64,000 bases of DNA, from the NCBI RefSeq assembly GCF_006345805.1, contig NC_043015.1, forward strand, positions 12,214,001-12,278,000, written 5' to 3'. This document shows positions 1 to 12,724 of the stretch, one piece after another. How positions within the stretch are numbered: the stretch's first letter is position 1; each line of letters begins with the position of its first letter. The position numbers were made by a program, and so were the translations under genes. Source of the stretch: Octopus sinensis. Lineage: Eukaryota. The notes under the pieces are model-generated. The model was not told the DNA's origin. It searched no databases and saw only the letters and a list, made by a program, of their open reading frames with translations.

Positions 1-665
1 AGTATAAAACACGTCAGCATAGAAGAAATAGGAGGAAGATAAAGTGAAGGAGTGAGAGGGGGAGTACACAGATGAAAAGAGTGAGAGTGAAAGAGGGGAA
101 AGGTAGAGTAAAACTATGTGACAGAGATAGAAACACTTAAAAGAGGAAATGTGAGAGGTGAAGAGGAGGAGTGACAGCTATAAAATAAACAAAGGTGGAG
201 GAGACATAGATGATAAGAGAGGGTGAGACAGATAAAGTAAAGAGAGAAAGAGGTGGAGGAGGAGATGACAGCTATAATGTAATAGAAAAAGAGGAGGTGA
301 GGTGCGCCTGTATGGTCGCCTGAGATTCTAACAATAGCAGCCAAATCTCCGTCAAGTTACCCCCTACAGCCCTAAAATAATGTCGGATGTGACTGAAAAA
401 ACAAAAAGGATTATCATGGTTGGAATGTCTCTCGTCATAATAGATCTTTTAATTGAATGAGAGATAGCTGCAATGAAAGAGAGAGAAAGATAACTCTTAC
501 AAAACTCGAAGACAGTAAAATAGAATGAGAGAAAGAAAGAGAGAGCTAAAACGAAACGGAGACACTGCTTTTATGAAACAGCGAAGAACTTGCAAGCCAT
601 TCAGTCCAGTGTTCTCTTGATTCCACCACTTATCTTCCCACACCATAATCTATATTAAATATCTT

Positions 666-1325
666 TAGGCGGCGAGCTGGCAGAAACGTTAGCACGCCGG
701 GCGAAATGCGTAGCCGTATTTCGTCTGTCGTTACGGTCTGAGTTCAAATTCCGCCGAGGTCGACTTTACCTTTCATCCTTTCGGGGTCGATAAATAAAGT
801 ACCAGTTTCGCACAGGGATCGATGTAATCGACTTTATCCGTTTGTCCTTGTTTTTCCGCTCTATGTTTAGCCTCTTGTGGGCAGTAAAGAAATATATATT
901 AAATATCTTAGCATACAGACCGAAAAATACACATATTCTTTTCTACTCTAGGCACAAGGCCCGAAATTTTTTTTGGGGGGGGGGGGGTCAGTCGATTAGA
1001 TTAACCCCAGAATGCAACTGGTACTTACTTTATCGACCCTAAGAGGATGAGAGGTAAAGTCGACCTCGGAGGAATTTGAACTCTGAACATAAAAACAAAC
1101 GAAATACCTATTTCTTTACTACCCACAAGGGGGCTAAACATAGAGGGGACAAACAAGGACAGACAAACGGATTAAGTCGATTACATCGACCCCAGTGCGT
1201 AACTGGTACTTAATTTATCGACCCCGAAAGGATGAAAGACAAAGTCGACCTCGGCGGAAACGGCAGACGAAATACGGCAACACATTTCGCCCGGCGTGCT
1301 AACGATTCTGCCAGCTCGCCGCCTT
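666..1325. repeat. tRNA-derived SINE family A, inverted cluster; other copies near 15480-15715, 19305-19800, 26820-27030, 29144-29733 and degenerate copies at 1930-2990, 5420-5910, 7020-7450, 8060-8530, 39020-39220
   Basis: Head GGCGGCGAGCTGGCAGAAACGTTAG (A-box-like) and GAGTTCAAATTCC (B-box-like); shared body GAGGTCGACTTTGCCTTTCATCCTTTCGGGGTCG. Confidence 0.85.
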
Positions 1326-4300
1326 AACATACGCATATATTAAAAGAGGAAAGTTGATGTTTTCTTGCACTCTCTTTGAAGGATTTTCACCTCCGTACAT
1401 CGTCCCATTGTAGCTCTCTCTCTCTGTTTTGTTATAGCTGTTTCTCTTCTGTTTTATTACAGCTATCTCTCTGTCGGTTTCAAATTGCGTGTGAACCAAC
1501 TTTTAATTTGAATTGTCTTCATCTTTCACACATCTAAGGATGGAAGGCAAAAAGTACCGGTAATCTGATGAATCTACACATAGCCATGCAGTGGAGTTCA
1601 CTGTGCAATCCTGAGGTTCAAGTTTCAAACCCACTGCACAGTACCTTAGGCAAACACCTTCTACCATGACCTCAGACCAACCCAAGCTCTGACAGTAAAA
1701 ATCAGGAAGATAAAAACAGTACAAAACAGCATCAGGAGCACTGTACCTGTTTTGGGATGATAGATTTAGTCTGTCATCTGAGTTAACACCACCACTTGGG
1801 ACACCCTGTTGCAAAAATTCAGACCAGGTCTGAGCTCTATGAATAACTCTTCTTCTCCATGCTAGTTCTCAGTGTCCTGTAAAAAGACACTGTTCTTCCT
1901 CCTCTGATTAAACCATAATAATTCTTTCTTCTATAGTGACAAGGCCTGAAAATTTGGGGGAGAGGGCTAGTCAATTACATTAACCCCATTGCTACTTATT
2001 TTATTGACCCCCAAAAAGATAAAAGGCAAAATCAGCTTTGGCAGCATTTGAACTCAGAATGTAGGGAGCTAGGAGAAATGCTGCTCAGCATTTAGTCCAG
2101 CATGGCAACAATTGTGCCAGGTCACCACCTTTGACTACACCATAATAATGCATCATTTCAGAGAGTGCAATATGGATCTTAGCTTGAAGAAGCATAGGTA
2201 TGGGACATGCTCAGTCTGCATGTTATATGTGTGTTTGCACAGTGCTAACAACAGGGTAAATCATCCTAAAGAAAGAATATGTAAGTATGTATGATGTATA
2301 TAGACACATAAAAACGATAAAACGTCGCCCTTTTCAAGCCTAGCCAGGCTCATGGGCCCGGTTTCCCAGTTTCTGTGGTGTATGTGTTCCCCCCAGCTGG
2401 ACGGGACACCAGTCCATCGCAGCGTTACTCAAGAAACAAGAAGAGAGAGTGAGAGAAAGTTGTGGCAAATGAGTACAACAAGGGTCACCACCACCCCCTG
2501 CCGGAGCCTCAGGGAGCTTTTAGGTGTTTTTGCTCAATAAGCACAAACAACACCCAGTCTGGAAATCAACTGCAAGTCTGCTGCCCTAACCTTTGGGCCA
2601 TTGTGCCTCCACATATAGACACATACACACCACAAAGTCCAGTCTTTGTAGCAGAGCGCAGATAATTGCATCAATGGCCCTGAGTGTTACACCAGGAGAG
2701 CATTTTGTCCAGTATGGCAACGATTCTGCCAGCTCACCACCGTTGACTACACCATAATAATGGTTTCAAATTTTGGCACAAGGCCAGCAATTTCAGGGTA
2801 AGGGCTAATTCAATTACATCAACCCCCTCCCCTTCCCAAGTTCAACTGGTACTTATTTTATCAACTCCAAAAGGATGAAAGGCAAAAGTGACCTCGGTGG
2901 AATTTGAACTCAGAACATGAGAAGTTTGGAGAAATGCCACTAAGCCTTTTGTCTGGCATGTTATGAATTTTGACTTATGACTACACCATAATAAGGAAAA
3001 AAAAACTACCCATTGTGGCCTGGCCTTCTGCAAAAGTTAGGAATCAATATAAAAGATATTAAATTATACATAGTAAAAACAAAAAGACAAATAATGAAAA
3101 GACAAAATTACGAAGAACCTACTCTTAGAAATCATACCCCTCTTGCTTACAGGGTTTGGAGGATATGGGGCAAAGAGGAAACCTTTATACAAGCTGACAA
3201 ATAATTTTGTACATGGTCACATCTTGATCAAATCACACCTGACTCTCTAGGCATTGAATTATGTAGTCCTAGTTAAACCATCTGAATAAAAGCTAGAAAA
3301 TTACCTTTCATCATTACCCTTCTAGATCAGGGTTGATATCCACAAAAAGCAGGATATTCACAGAGGCATTGGAAACCCATGCAACTGATCATTTCAGGGA
3401 GTGTAATATGGATCTTGGCTTTAAGCACAGTATATCCAGAACAGGTATGGGACATACACAATCTGCATGCCAAACATGTGTTTGCTCAGTGCTAACAACT
3501 GTGTAAATCATCCTAATGAATGAATGAATGAATGTGTGTGTGTGTATGTCCACACATACCACAAAGTCCAGTCTTTGTTGCAGTGGTTAATTGCATCAAT
3601 GACCCTCAGTGTTATGCCAGCAGAGCACAAGCTCCTGATAGGGCTTCCCATGCTGTAAAGGTCAAAGGATAAATGCCAAACTAATATGGACTATTGCATC
3701 CCTGACATAAAATAGGTTTGCATACGGCCAACAACCCTATCTAGAAAACAGCAAAGTTACAGGAACATCGACGACAATTCAAAACCAACAAGACCTGGGA
3801 GAGAAAGGCTTTCCCTCAGTTAAACATATACCCCAACTTAGAATCCAAGGGCTTAAGTAGGTACACACATTTACACACAAATTGTTTTCACAACAGCTTC
3901 TTCCATATTAGCAAGGGTTGGACAAGGCTTATTAACTCTTTAGCATTTAAACTTGCCATATCAAACCAACCAGATGTGGCCTCTCACACCAACCCTACAA
4001 TAACTTAACTCATCAAAATTTCAAAGCTATGAGATAATGCATGATTAATTTAAAACAATGTGGATAAACAAGCATTACTTTTGACAGAATAATGTGAATG
4101 CTAAAAGGTTAAACTATTTTTCTACAGTAAGATGCTCTTCCTGTTACCACTCACCATTCACATAAAGGTTCATTCAGAGGTTCATTATCATATATTGTAG
4201 GCATGAGATGTGGCAGAATTCATTCTTCTCCAGGTTATATAGCAACAAGGGAAACAGATCTCAGCACTGAAAACTAATACAAAAACATCACTTTTACAGT

Positions 4301-4578
4301 GCTCCTACCACGTACATTAATGACCTTTTGTGGTACCCATCTACAGCTAAATGGACTGAAATAATGAGACTGAAGTGTTTTGGCCATGGACACTGAACAT
4401 CACAGAAACGATACAAACCCTGTACCCTTTGGATAGCTGTCCTCCAAAATTATCAATTCAACTAGATTCAGCTCTCATGCATGTATGAGAATCTGAGGCA
4501 AAATCTGCAGCACAAATTGAATTCCAAGTTGAACAGTATCACTTAATCCTTTTCAAGCAAACAAGGGAGCCTCTAAAT

Positions 4579-5194
4579 CAGTGGTTTTTAATTAGGGTCT
4601 GTGTGACCCTTAGTAGTCCATGTAAGGTTTTTGGGGATCTACACAACAAAACAGTAAAATTGGGGATCCACAACAGTTCTTATGAGTTCATGAAAAAACT
4701 TTGCTTCAGATGTATTTTTATTGCTTATTTTATAAGCAATAAATGTAGCTTATTTTATAAGCTACATTTCTTTCTCTAACATTTTGCATCGTTTGTTTCA
4801 GTGAGTGCTATTGCAAACCTATGCAAGTGAACATGTGAAAAGCAAAATAGGAATTTCGAAAAAAGTCTCAATAAAACTAGTTTTTAACCCTTTAGTGTTC
4901 AGATTACTCTGTTAAACGTAATACTTTTTCACTCAAATTGTTTTTAATTAATCATGCATTATCTTATAGCTTTGAGGTTTCAATAATGTGATTGTTCATT
5001 TTTAGAATGTCAATGTAGGTTAGGTGTGAGAGGCCTGATCTGGTCAGTTTAAACATAAAATAGGTAGAAAACTTTGGCCGGATATGGCCAGTTTAAACAC
5101 TAAAGGGTTAAACATCAAATAGCTATGAGGGTCCACCAGAATAAAAATACTAATTAAAGGGGTCCATAGATAAAAAAAAAATCGAGAACCACAG
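4579..5194. mobile_element. hAT/Charlie-like MITE containing a nested piggyBac-like MITE
   Basis: Ends CAGTGGTTTT / GAGAACCACAG; imperfect 8-bp flanks ctctaaat / ctttgaat. Confidence 0.6.
4888..5107. mobile_element. piggyBac-like MITE (about 220 bp); family members also at 3936-4108, 9972-10191, 47130-47387, 53685-53905 and about 55217-55440
   Basis: TTAA|CCCTTTAG ... CTAAAGGG|TTAA and shared internal sequence. Confidence 0.8.
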
Positions 5195-5634
5195 CTTTGA
5201 ATGATGCTTGACCTGCTACAAATAGCAGTAAAATTTCACCTCAAATCATAGCCAACCGCCTTTAAAAATAAGTGGGGAGACCATGAATGATATTGCATCA
5301 GAAAAATTAAAACAGGAAAGATTGATAAGGGCTGTTCAGAAGTCTGTTTGATCAGAACTGACCTGATGCATAACAATGACTGTACCTAGCTTAGACTAAT
5401 AATAATAATAATAATTATTATTTCATATTTTGGCACAAGGCCAGCAATCTTAAGGGAGAGGGTAAGTCGATTACATCAACCCCAGTACTTGACTGGTACT
5501 TTATTTTATTCACCCTGTAAGGACTGACAGGCAAAGTTGGCCTTGATAGTATTTGAACTCAGAAAATAGCAAAAAATTGTTGCCAAGCATTTTGTCCAAC
5601 ATGCTAACAACTCTGATTCAGCTCACCACTTTAA

Positions 5635-5701
<67 letters not shown>

Positions 5702-5912
5702 ACAATAATAATCCTTTCTACTATAGGTACAAGGCCTGAAATTTTGGAGTGGGATAGTCAATTACATCAACCACAAGTACCCAACTAGTACTTATTTTAT
5801 CAAACCCGAAAGGATGAAAGGCAAGGTCAACCTCAATGGAATTTGAACTCAGAAATATCACTAAGCATTTTGCCTGGTGTACTAACAATTCTGCCAGCTT
5901 GCCATCTTAATA

Positions 5913-7020
5913 ATAAAAGAGACCGAGAGCATCATACTGGCAGCACAAAACCAAGCATTGGCCATAAATTGGAGAGTCAACTTTAGGAAAGAGCAAGTGT
6001 CTCCACTGTTTCACATCTGTAATAAAGTGGACAAAACTATTGCCCATTTCATAAGTTAAGTTAAGTAAATTTTTTGGCTCAAAAAGCAAAAAGCAAGACC
6101 ATGTAGGGGGACATGGAGTTATGTACAGGGTGGTGTTCATGCAAAGAGTTCAGGCCATTTGTGGTCAAGGGAGACTTTGAGCCGAGCGGTCGTCGGCATC
6201 TTCACTATCTCGTCCGGCAGCTTATTCCACGGATCCACAACCCAGACGGAGAAAGAATCTCTCCTTCGATTGAGATGAAATCGTCGCAGATAGAGCTTTT
6301 CAGAGTGACCCCGCAGCCGACGCTCTGGAGCAGGAGTGAAGAACAGCTCTTTTGAAAGGTTACACTTTCCACTTATGATGTTGTGAGCAAGAATGAGATC
6401 ACCACGGCGGCGGCGTTTTTCTAGAGAATAAAGGTCGAGCGTCTTCAGCCTTTCTTCATAAGACAAATGCTTGAGACCAAGAACCATGCGGGTATCCAGC
6501 TTCTGGACTCTTTCGAGAGTCTTTGAGGAGATGAGGCTTGAATCCCGTACTCCAATATGGGTCTCACCAGCGTAACATTTCATGAACAAATGCCCAAGGC
6601 TTGCCCCAAACCACTGTAAGTTGTGGCAATATGATGAAGTGGCGAAAACGCTACATTGGAAACTATGCAAAGAGTAGAGTCTAGAGAGATATAAGACATG
6701 GTATGACCACAAACGACAGAGAGCAGCAGAGTTGGAGACCTGCAAAATCTAGTGGGACTAGAGCACAATAAGCTGGATCTAGTGGTCATGGACAAGAACC
6801 ACATGTGCTATATAATTGATGTTGCATACACCTTTGATCCACAAATATTCAAGAAGGAAGGTGGAAAAACAGACTTATACAATGCTCTTATGTACGAAAT
6901 AGCCTGGCTGTGGAAAATGAAGGTGAAGACAGTGCCAATTATTGTTGGGTCCTTGGAGACAGTATCAGAAGGCATCAAAAGGAAGGAATATAAAGGGAAT
7001 CAGCATAGAGTGCTCAGTAG
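5913..7020 (+). mobile_element. R4/Dong-like (restriction-like endonuclease) LINE C-terminal fragments flanking the CR1 piece
   Basis: ETESIILAAQNQAL, YDEVAKTLHWKLCK, and HNKLDLVV...YIIDVA...VPIIVGSLETV, typical of the zinc-knuckle plus PD-(D/E)xK region. Confidence 0.75.
6140..6580 (-). mobile_element. CR1/L2-type LINE 3' fragment
   Basis: LERVQKLDTRMVLGLKHLSYEERLKTLDLYSLEKRRRRGDLI...LRGHSEKL...WNKLP. Confidence 0.88.
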
Positions 7021-7451
7021 AGCACAAGGCCAGCAATTTCAGGAAAGTGGGTAAGGCAATTACATCAACCCCAGTATTCAACTGGTACTTATTTTATCAA
7101 TCCCAAAAGGATGAAAGGCAAAGTTGACCTTGGTAGAATTTGAACACAGAACATAGTGGCAGACAAAATACCACTAAGCATTTTAGCTCATGTGCTAATG
7201 ATTCTGCCAGCTCACCACCTTTTTATTGATAATAATAATAATCCTTTCTACTAAAGACACAAGAACTGAAATTTTAGGGAGAGGGGTAATTCGACTATAT
7301 TGATCCTAGTGTTTCACTGGTACTTAATTTACTGACCCCCGAAAGGAGGAAAAGTAAAGTCAACCTCAGCAGAATTTGAACATAGAACGTAGTGGCAGAC
7401 AAAATATCACTAAGCATTTCATCCAGCGTGCTAAGGATTCTGCTAGCTTAC

Positions 7452-7488
<37 letters not shown>

Positions 7489-8272
7489 CCCTAATGCAAT
7501 ACCAGGCAATGGCTCTCATGGCTTCTGATCTTAACTGATTGGAAGTGTTATCATGCACATTGTTGTGTCTTGGTATAAAAGACAGGCTACAGCAAATATT
7601 CTGCTCAATACCACAGATTTGCTTGTCAGTTGTTTGACCATAACCAGTTGAGCATGTCCCTTAGTGGCTGATGACATGCACATTTCTGATCACAAACAGA
7701 AGTAGTAGGGAACATCATAGCCATGTGTTGAGGAGAATTCTTTGCGGGTTGGATAATTCACCTCTGGAAACACAGGTGTTTTGTTCAACATCTTTAAACA
7801 ACCCTTATTCAGGGACCTTTTGAGCAGGATGGGCTACTCGATCTGAACAAGATTCTAACTGGGCCCCACGTACAAGGTCATGCACCGTTTCTCTTAATAT
7901 GAGATCACTATGTCACACACATATGGTTGTGAGGCATGTGCCTGATGTACCCTTATCAGACAGGTAGTCATGATGGATATACTAGGCTTCTTCTATTTTA
8001 CCCCAGTGTCACTTTGATGGCATGCACTGCTCTCTCACTCAATAATAATAATAATGGTTTCAAATTTTGGCACAAGGCCAGTAAGTTCAAGGGATGGGTT
8101 AAGACTTTTACATTGACCCCAATATTCAACTGGTACTTATTTTATCCCCCTGCTTCAGATGAAAAGCAAAGTCGACTTTGGCGGAATTTGAACTCAGAAC
8201 ATAAAGATGAACGAAATGTCACTAAGCACTTTGTCCAGCATGCTAACAATTCTGCCAGCTTGCTGCCATATA

Positions 8273-8315
<43 letters not shown>

Positions 8316-8529
8316 GTCTCAAATTTTGCCACAAGGGCAGCAATTTGGGGGGAGGGGATGAGTTGATTACATCAACCCCAGTGTTCAACAGGTGCTTATT
8401 TCATCGACCCCAAAAGGATGAAAGGTAAAGTCAACCTCGGCAGAACTTGAACTCAGAACATAGCGATAGACAAAATACCGCTAATCATTTAATCTGGCAC
8501 TAACGATTCTGCCAGCTCGGCACCTTATA

Positions 8530-8571
<42 letters not shown>

Positions 8572-10638
8572 AAACATTAACACAAGGTCATAAATGTGGG
8601 AGTGGAGCCTAGTCTTAACCCTTTCATTACTAACCCGGCTGAAATTGGCTCTGGCTCTGAGTACAAATGTCTTGTTTTCATAAGTTTTGAATTAAAATCT
8701 TCCACCAAACCTTTATTTACAATTTATGTTCCTAACCACAAAAGAAAGATTTTTCTATAAGGCATGTTGCTATTATATATGTATGTATGTACACACACAT
8801 GCAAAAATACAAAACAAGCTTTCATGCAGTTTCTGTGTACCAAATTCACTCACAGAACATTGGTTGACCTGGGCCGTAGTAGAAGACACTTGTCCAAGGA
8901 GGTGCACAATAGGACTGAACCTGAAACACATTGTTGCAAAGTGAGCTTCTTAACCACACAGCCATATCTGTGCTGAGAGTTAAACTAGGTACATGGAAAC
9001 TGTAGAGAAGCATTCAGTTTGTTACACTAATTCTGTCCATGGATTAAGTTAAGGGTGTACATGTGTGTGGAGTACTCAGCCGCTTATAACCTAATTCAAT
9101 GAGTAGATAATTCAGATAGATCAACTGAGATTCATTTTCATTGTATTGTAGTAGTTGACCCTGTGAGGTGGTTGGTGTCAGGAAGAGCATCCAGCTGTAA
9201 AAGCCATGCCAAAATAGACACAGAGGTTTAGTGCAGTTTTCTGCCTAGCCAGCTGCTGTCAAATTGTCCAACCCATGCCAACATGGAAAAGCAGATGTTA
9301 AACGATGATGATAATGATGTAGTATGCTCTGTTTGTGGCTCCTGCAACAAATGAAAAATTGGTGGAATAGCAGAAATGGTAAAGTACTTGAGTAAATGCC
9401 TTGTATCATCAAATTATAGCCCACACATTCTAGGTTCAAATCCTGCCAGGACAACTTATTTTTTATAACTCATGGTCTATACTAAGCAGATTAATTTTAA
9501 AAATTGTGTCAGCCTCAAAAATGTACAAGCTTGTGTTAGTGCTTTTCATAGATTTACATGTTTTGGGAGCAATTCTTGCCAGAATCAGTTTTACCATACT
9601 TCCTTTGAACAGGGGTCAGTTCAACAGGCTTGGATGTTGGAACCACCCTGCACACTCTGAACAGCTAGGTGGCTTGTTTGCTAATGTCAAACAGTTGTCA
9701 CATGTAGAATACAGATCCCACACTCAAAAGAATCCAATAAGCAAAATACTTCCACCATATATCTTCAGTTAAAACAAGTAGGAAAAGTGACCCCTGTCAA
9801 GTATTTATCATAAAAACAGATAAAAATGGACACTTAGATTCCGCTTGCAAATACCAACAAATATTCTACCAAAAGAGGAAGGTGAAAGATATTTCAACAG
9901 TGCCTCACTAAGTGATGAAGCACAAATACCAACATTTTTAACATGTATTTTTAATATAAAGGTTCCATTAACCCTTTAGCATTAATCTTACTCTGTCAAA
10001 CGAAATGCTTATTCATTCATATTTTATATAACTGGTCATGTACTATCTCATAGCTTCAAGATTTTGAAGATGCGATTGTTTATTTTCAGAATGACATTGC
10101 AGGGTAGGTGCAAGAGACTAGATCTGACCAGTTTGAGCATAAAGCAGATAAAATGTTTTGGCCAGATATGGCTGGTTTAAATGGTAAAGGATTAAGTTAT
10201 TTGCAGTCCACTCACTTAAGTACACAGTTTCTAGCTTTATGTATACAAGTTGTAGGGATATATATGCACATTAACCAATTGCAGGTTGGTTGGGTGCTTC
10301 CATAGTTAAGTGATTAGTCTTGGCCACACATATGTATTTATGATCATCATTTAATAGCCAGAACCCATACTGGCATGGGTTGGATAGTATTAATAGAAAT
10401 CACCACCGTTCTCAGTGTTCATTTTTCCATGTTGGAATGGATCAGATGGAATTTATTGAAGCAGATTTTCTATGGTCAGATCATAATCCTGTTGCCAACA
10501 CTTACCAGTTTCTAATCAAGTTAACATTTCTCCATGGCCAGATATGTTTACACAGAATACTGCAAATGAATAACATTCAATTAATTTACAACTGCCTTGT
10601 GATGTCAAGGCACACACACACACGTGTATATATATATA

Positions 10639-11920
10639 TCAGGTCATCCCATAAGTTCTGTCCGAATTTTGAATAAAGGAAACAAGTGATCAAATGTTAT
10701 ATTCAATTGAAATTTAATCATCAATGTATTTTCCCTGATTATCTATGACTTCCTTCCATCTATTTACAGGCTTTTTAATCACATCAATGTAAAACTCTTT
10801 CGGTTTCAAAGCGAAGAACTCTGAAATGTCAGTTTCGACCTCCTCCTGGCTTGCGAAAGTTATATCCCCCAAAAGATTCTGTAAACTATGAAGCAAATGG
10901 TAGTCTGAAAGAGCAAGGTCAGGAGAATAAGGTGGATAAGGAATTTTTTCCCAACCAAGCTCTTTGATCTTCTGTGATGTGATCTTTGCAGTGTGGGGTC
11001 ATGCATTGTCCTGATGAAACATCACTCCTTTTCGACTCACTAAAGCAGGTCTTTTTTTCTTCAAAGCTTGGTTCAAACGCTCTAATTGCTGACAATAGAC
11101 TTGAGCATTGATTGTTGCATTAGGTGGTAACAATTCAAGGTGAATTACTCCTTTGCAATCCCACCAGATAGAGAGAAGAACCTTTTTTCCATGAAGTTCC
11201 CTTCACGGTTGTGGTTGAGCTTTTTCCCTTTTACCAAGCCACTATTTACAACATTTAACATTTGGATAGAAGATCCATTTTTCATCACCAGTCACAAGTC
11301 TATCCAAAGAGGTTGAAGTGAGTTCACGAGAATGGAGAGAAGAGCAGATGTCAACTCGGGATTTGCGGTTGCTTTCAGACAATTCATGAGGCACCCATTT
11401 TCTAAGTTTAGGAACTTTTCCAAGTTGTTGAAGATGACAATGAACAGTTGTATGGTTTGAACTAAGCTTTATGGCCAATTCTTCAACTGATAATGCAGGA
11501 TTTTTTTCAAATAATGCCTCAAAGAGCTTATCATCAAACTCAACTGGACATTGTTTGATCTTCATCTTCAAGGCTGAAATCTCCACTTCTAAATTTTGCA
11601 AATCATCTTCTGCAAATTCTTTCATTGAAGCATTCTTTCCCAAAAACTGAGTGTATGTTTCGAGTCACTTTGGCTGCAGAGTTTCCTTTTTTGCACCCAT
11701 AAAGCATTATGTGCCTCAAATGCTCTTTGGATACTTCCATGTTAGAAAATGTTTTAATCAAAGAAATTTTCATTCTATTATTCTGTAAAATAATATTTAA
11801 TTAGTTTAGATGTACACAAATACATAAAAATAATTTTTAATTCCATTAGACATTCTAAAATACTATTAAATTTCATTCAATTTTAAAAAAGGGAAAATCA
11901 GACAGAACTTATGAGATGAC

Positions 11921-11924
<4 letters not shown>
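10639..11924 (-). mobile_element. Full-length mariner transposon with disrupted transposase (about 11740-10714)
   Basis: TIRs tcaggtcatcccataagttctgtc / gacagaacttatgagatgacctga, TA flanks, 1286 bp; WVPHEL, LVTGDEKW and YSPDLALSDYHL motifs; stops and frameshifts. Confidence 0.93.
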
Positions 11925-11956
<32 letters not shown>

Positions 11957-12327
11957 AAAGGTAAGTCTATTGACTTCAAGCTTCATACTACAAAATAGTA
12001 GGATTCTAATTTATTGAGCCTCCTTGCCTCATCTCGAGGCCCTGTCCTTTCCTCTTCCCTTCGTTTATTTTATTTTATGTATTTGTATTCACTCAGATGA
12101 AGCTCGATGTACTGGATCAAATATGCTATAAAAATGGTGAATATTATTTTCAGAATTTTGACATTGGGAGCCAAAATGGCCCTAAGAAATGTTATGTAAT
12201 GTTATGTTTTGTATTAAAAATAATTAACCAATGTTGGTCAATTTGTTTGTTTCTTGATCAAAAGTTTTCTCCATTTTCTGCTATATATTATATATATATA
12301 TATATAATATATATATATTTTTTTATT

Positions 12328-12441
12328 TATAGAAGGAGCTTCTACAGGACTAGTACTGTTTCATTCAAGAGAAATCTTCAGGAGCTTCCTGAAGATTTCT
12401 CTTGAATGAAACAGTACTAGTCTGTAGAAGCTCCTTCTATA
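12328..12441. repeat. Near-perfect 114-bp palindrome with a hammerhead-like core on both strands
   Basis: About 55-bp arms, 3-nt loop, one bulge; CTGAAGA-tttc-tctt-gaat-GAAAC-AGTA at 12389-12416. Confidence 0.85.
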
Positions 12442-12688
12442 TAATAAATTAATTTTACTCTGCTATGTATTGAGTACCTTACTTACTGTGGTTAACCCCG
12501 ATCAACCGGGACCTACATATATATATATATATATAGGTAAACAGTAAAATAATTACAGACATGGACAAGAACATGAAACACCACAGAGACGACACAAGAA
12601 CCACAGACGGGACATTCGAAGCCCTCAGTCATCAGTCAAGAACCAGATCATCTTAGCAATTTTCGGCTGATTAATCTTGAGATTGCTC

Positions 12689-12724
<36 letters not shown>

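Noticed and set aside
666-800. tRNA genes
   Set aside because: A/B-box-like heads run into SINE bodies and do not form complete cloverleaves.
3009-3027. Strong minus-strand acceptor as a possible NUS1 downstream exon (also one at about 4266)
   Set aside because: Translations do not resemble NUS1; donors are weak or stops intervene.
6137-6745. 202-aa ORF as a host gene
   Set aside because: Its C-terminal part is a CR1 RT tail and its N-terminal part is antisense R4-like sequence.
12097-12136. 40-nt plus-strand exon-like segment (cag|ATG...G|gtgaat)
   Set aside because: No homology and no partner exons; not frame-symmetric.
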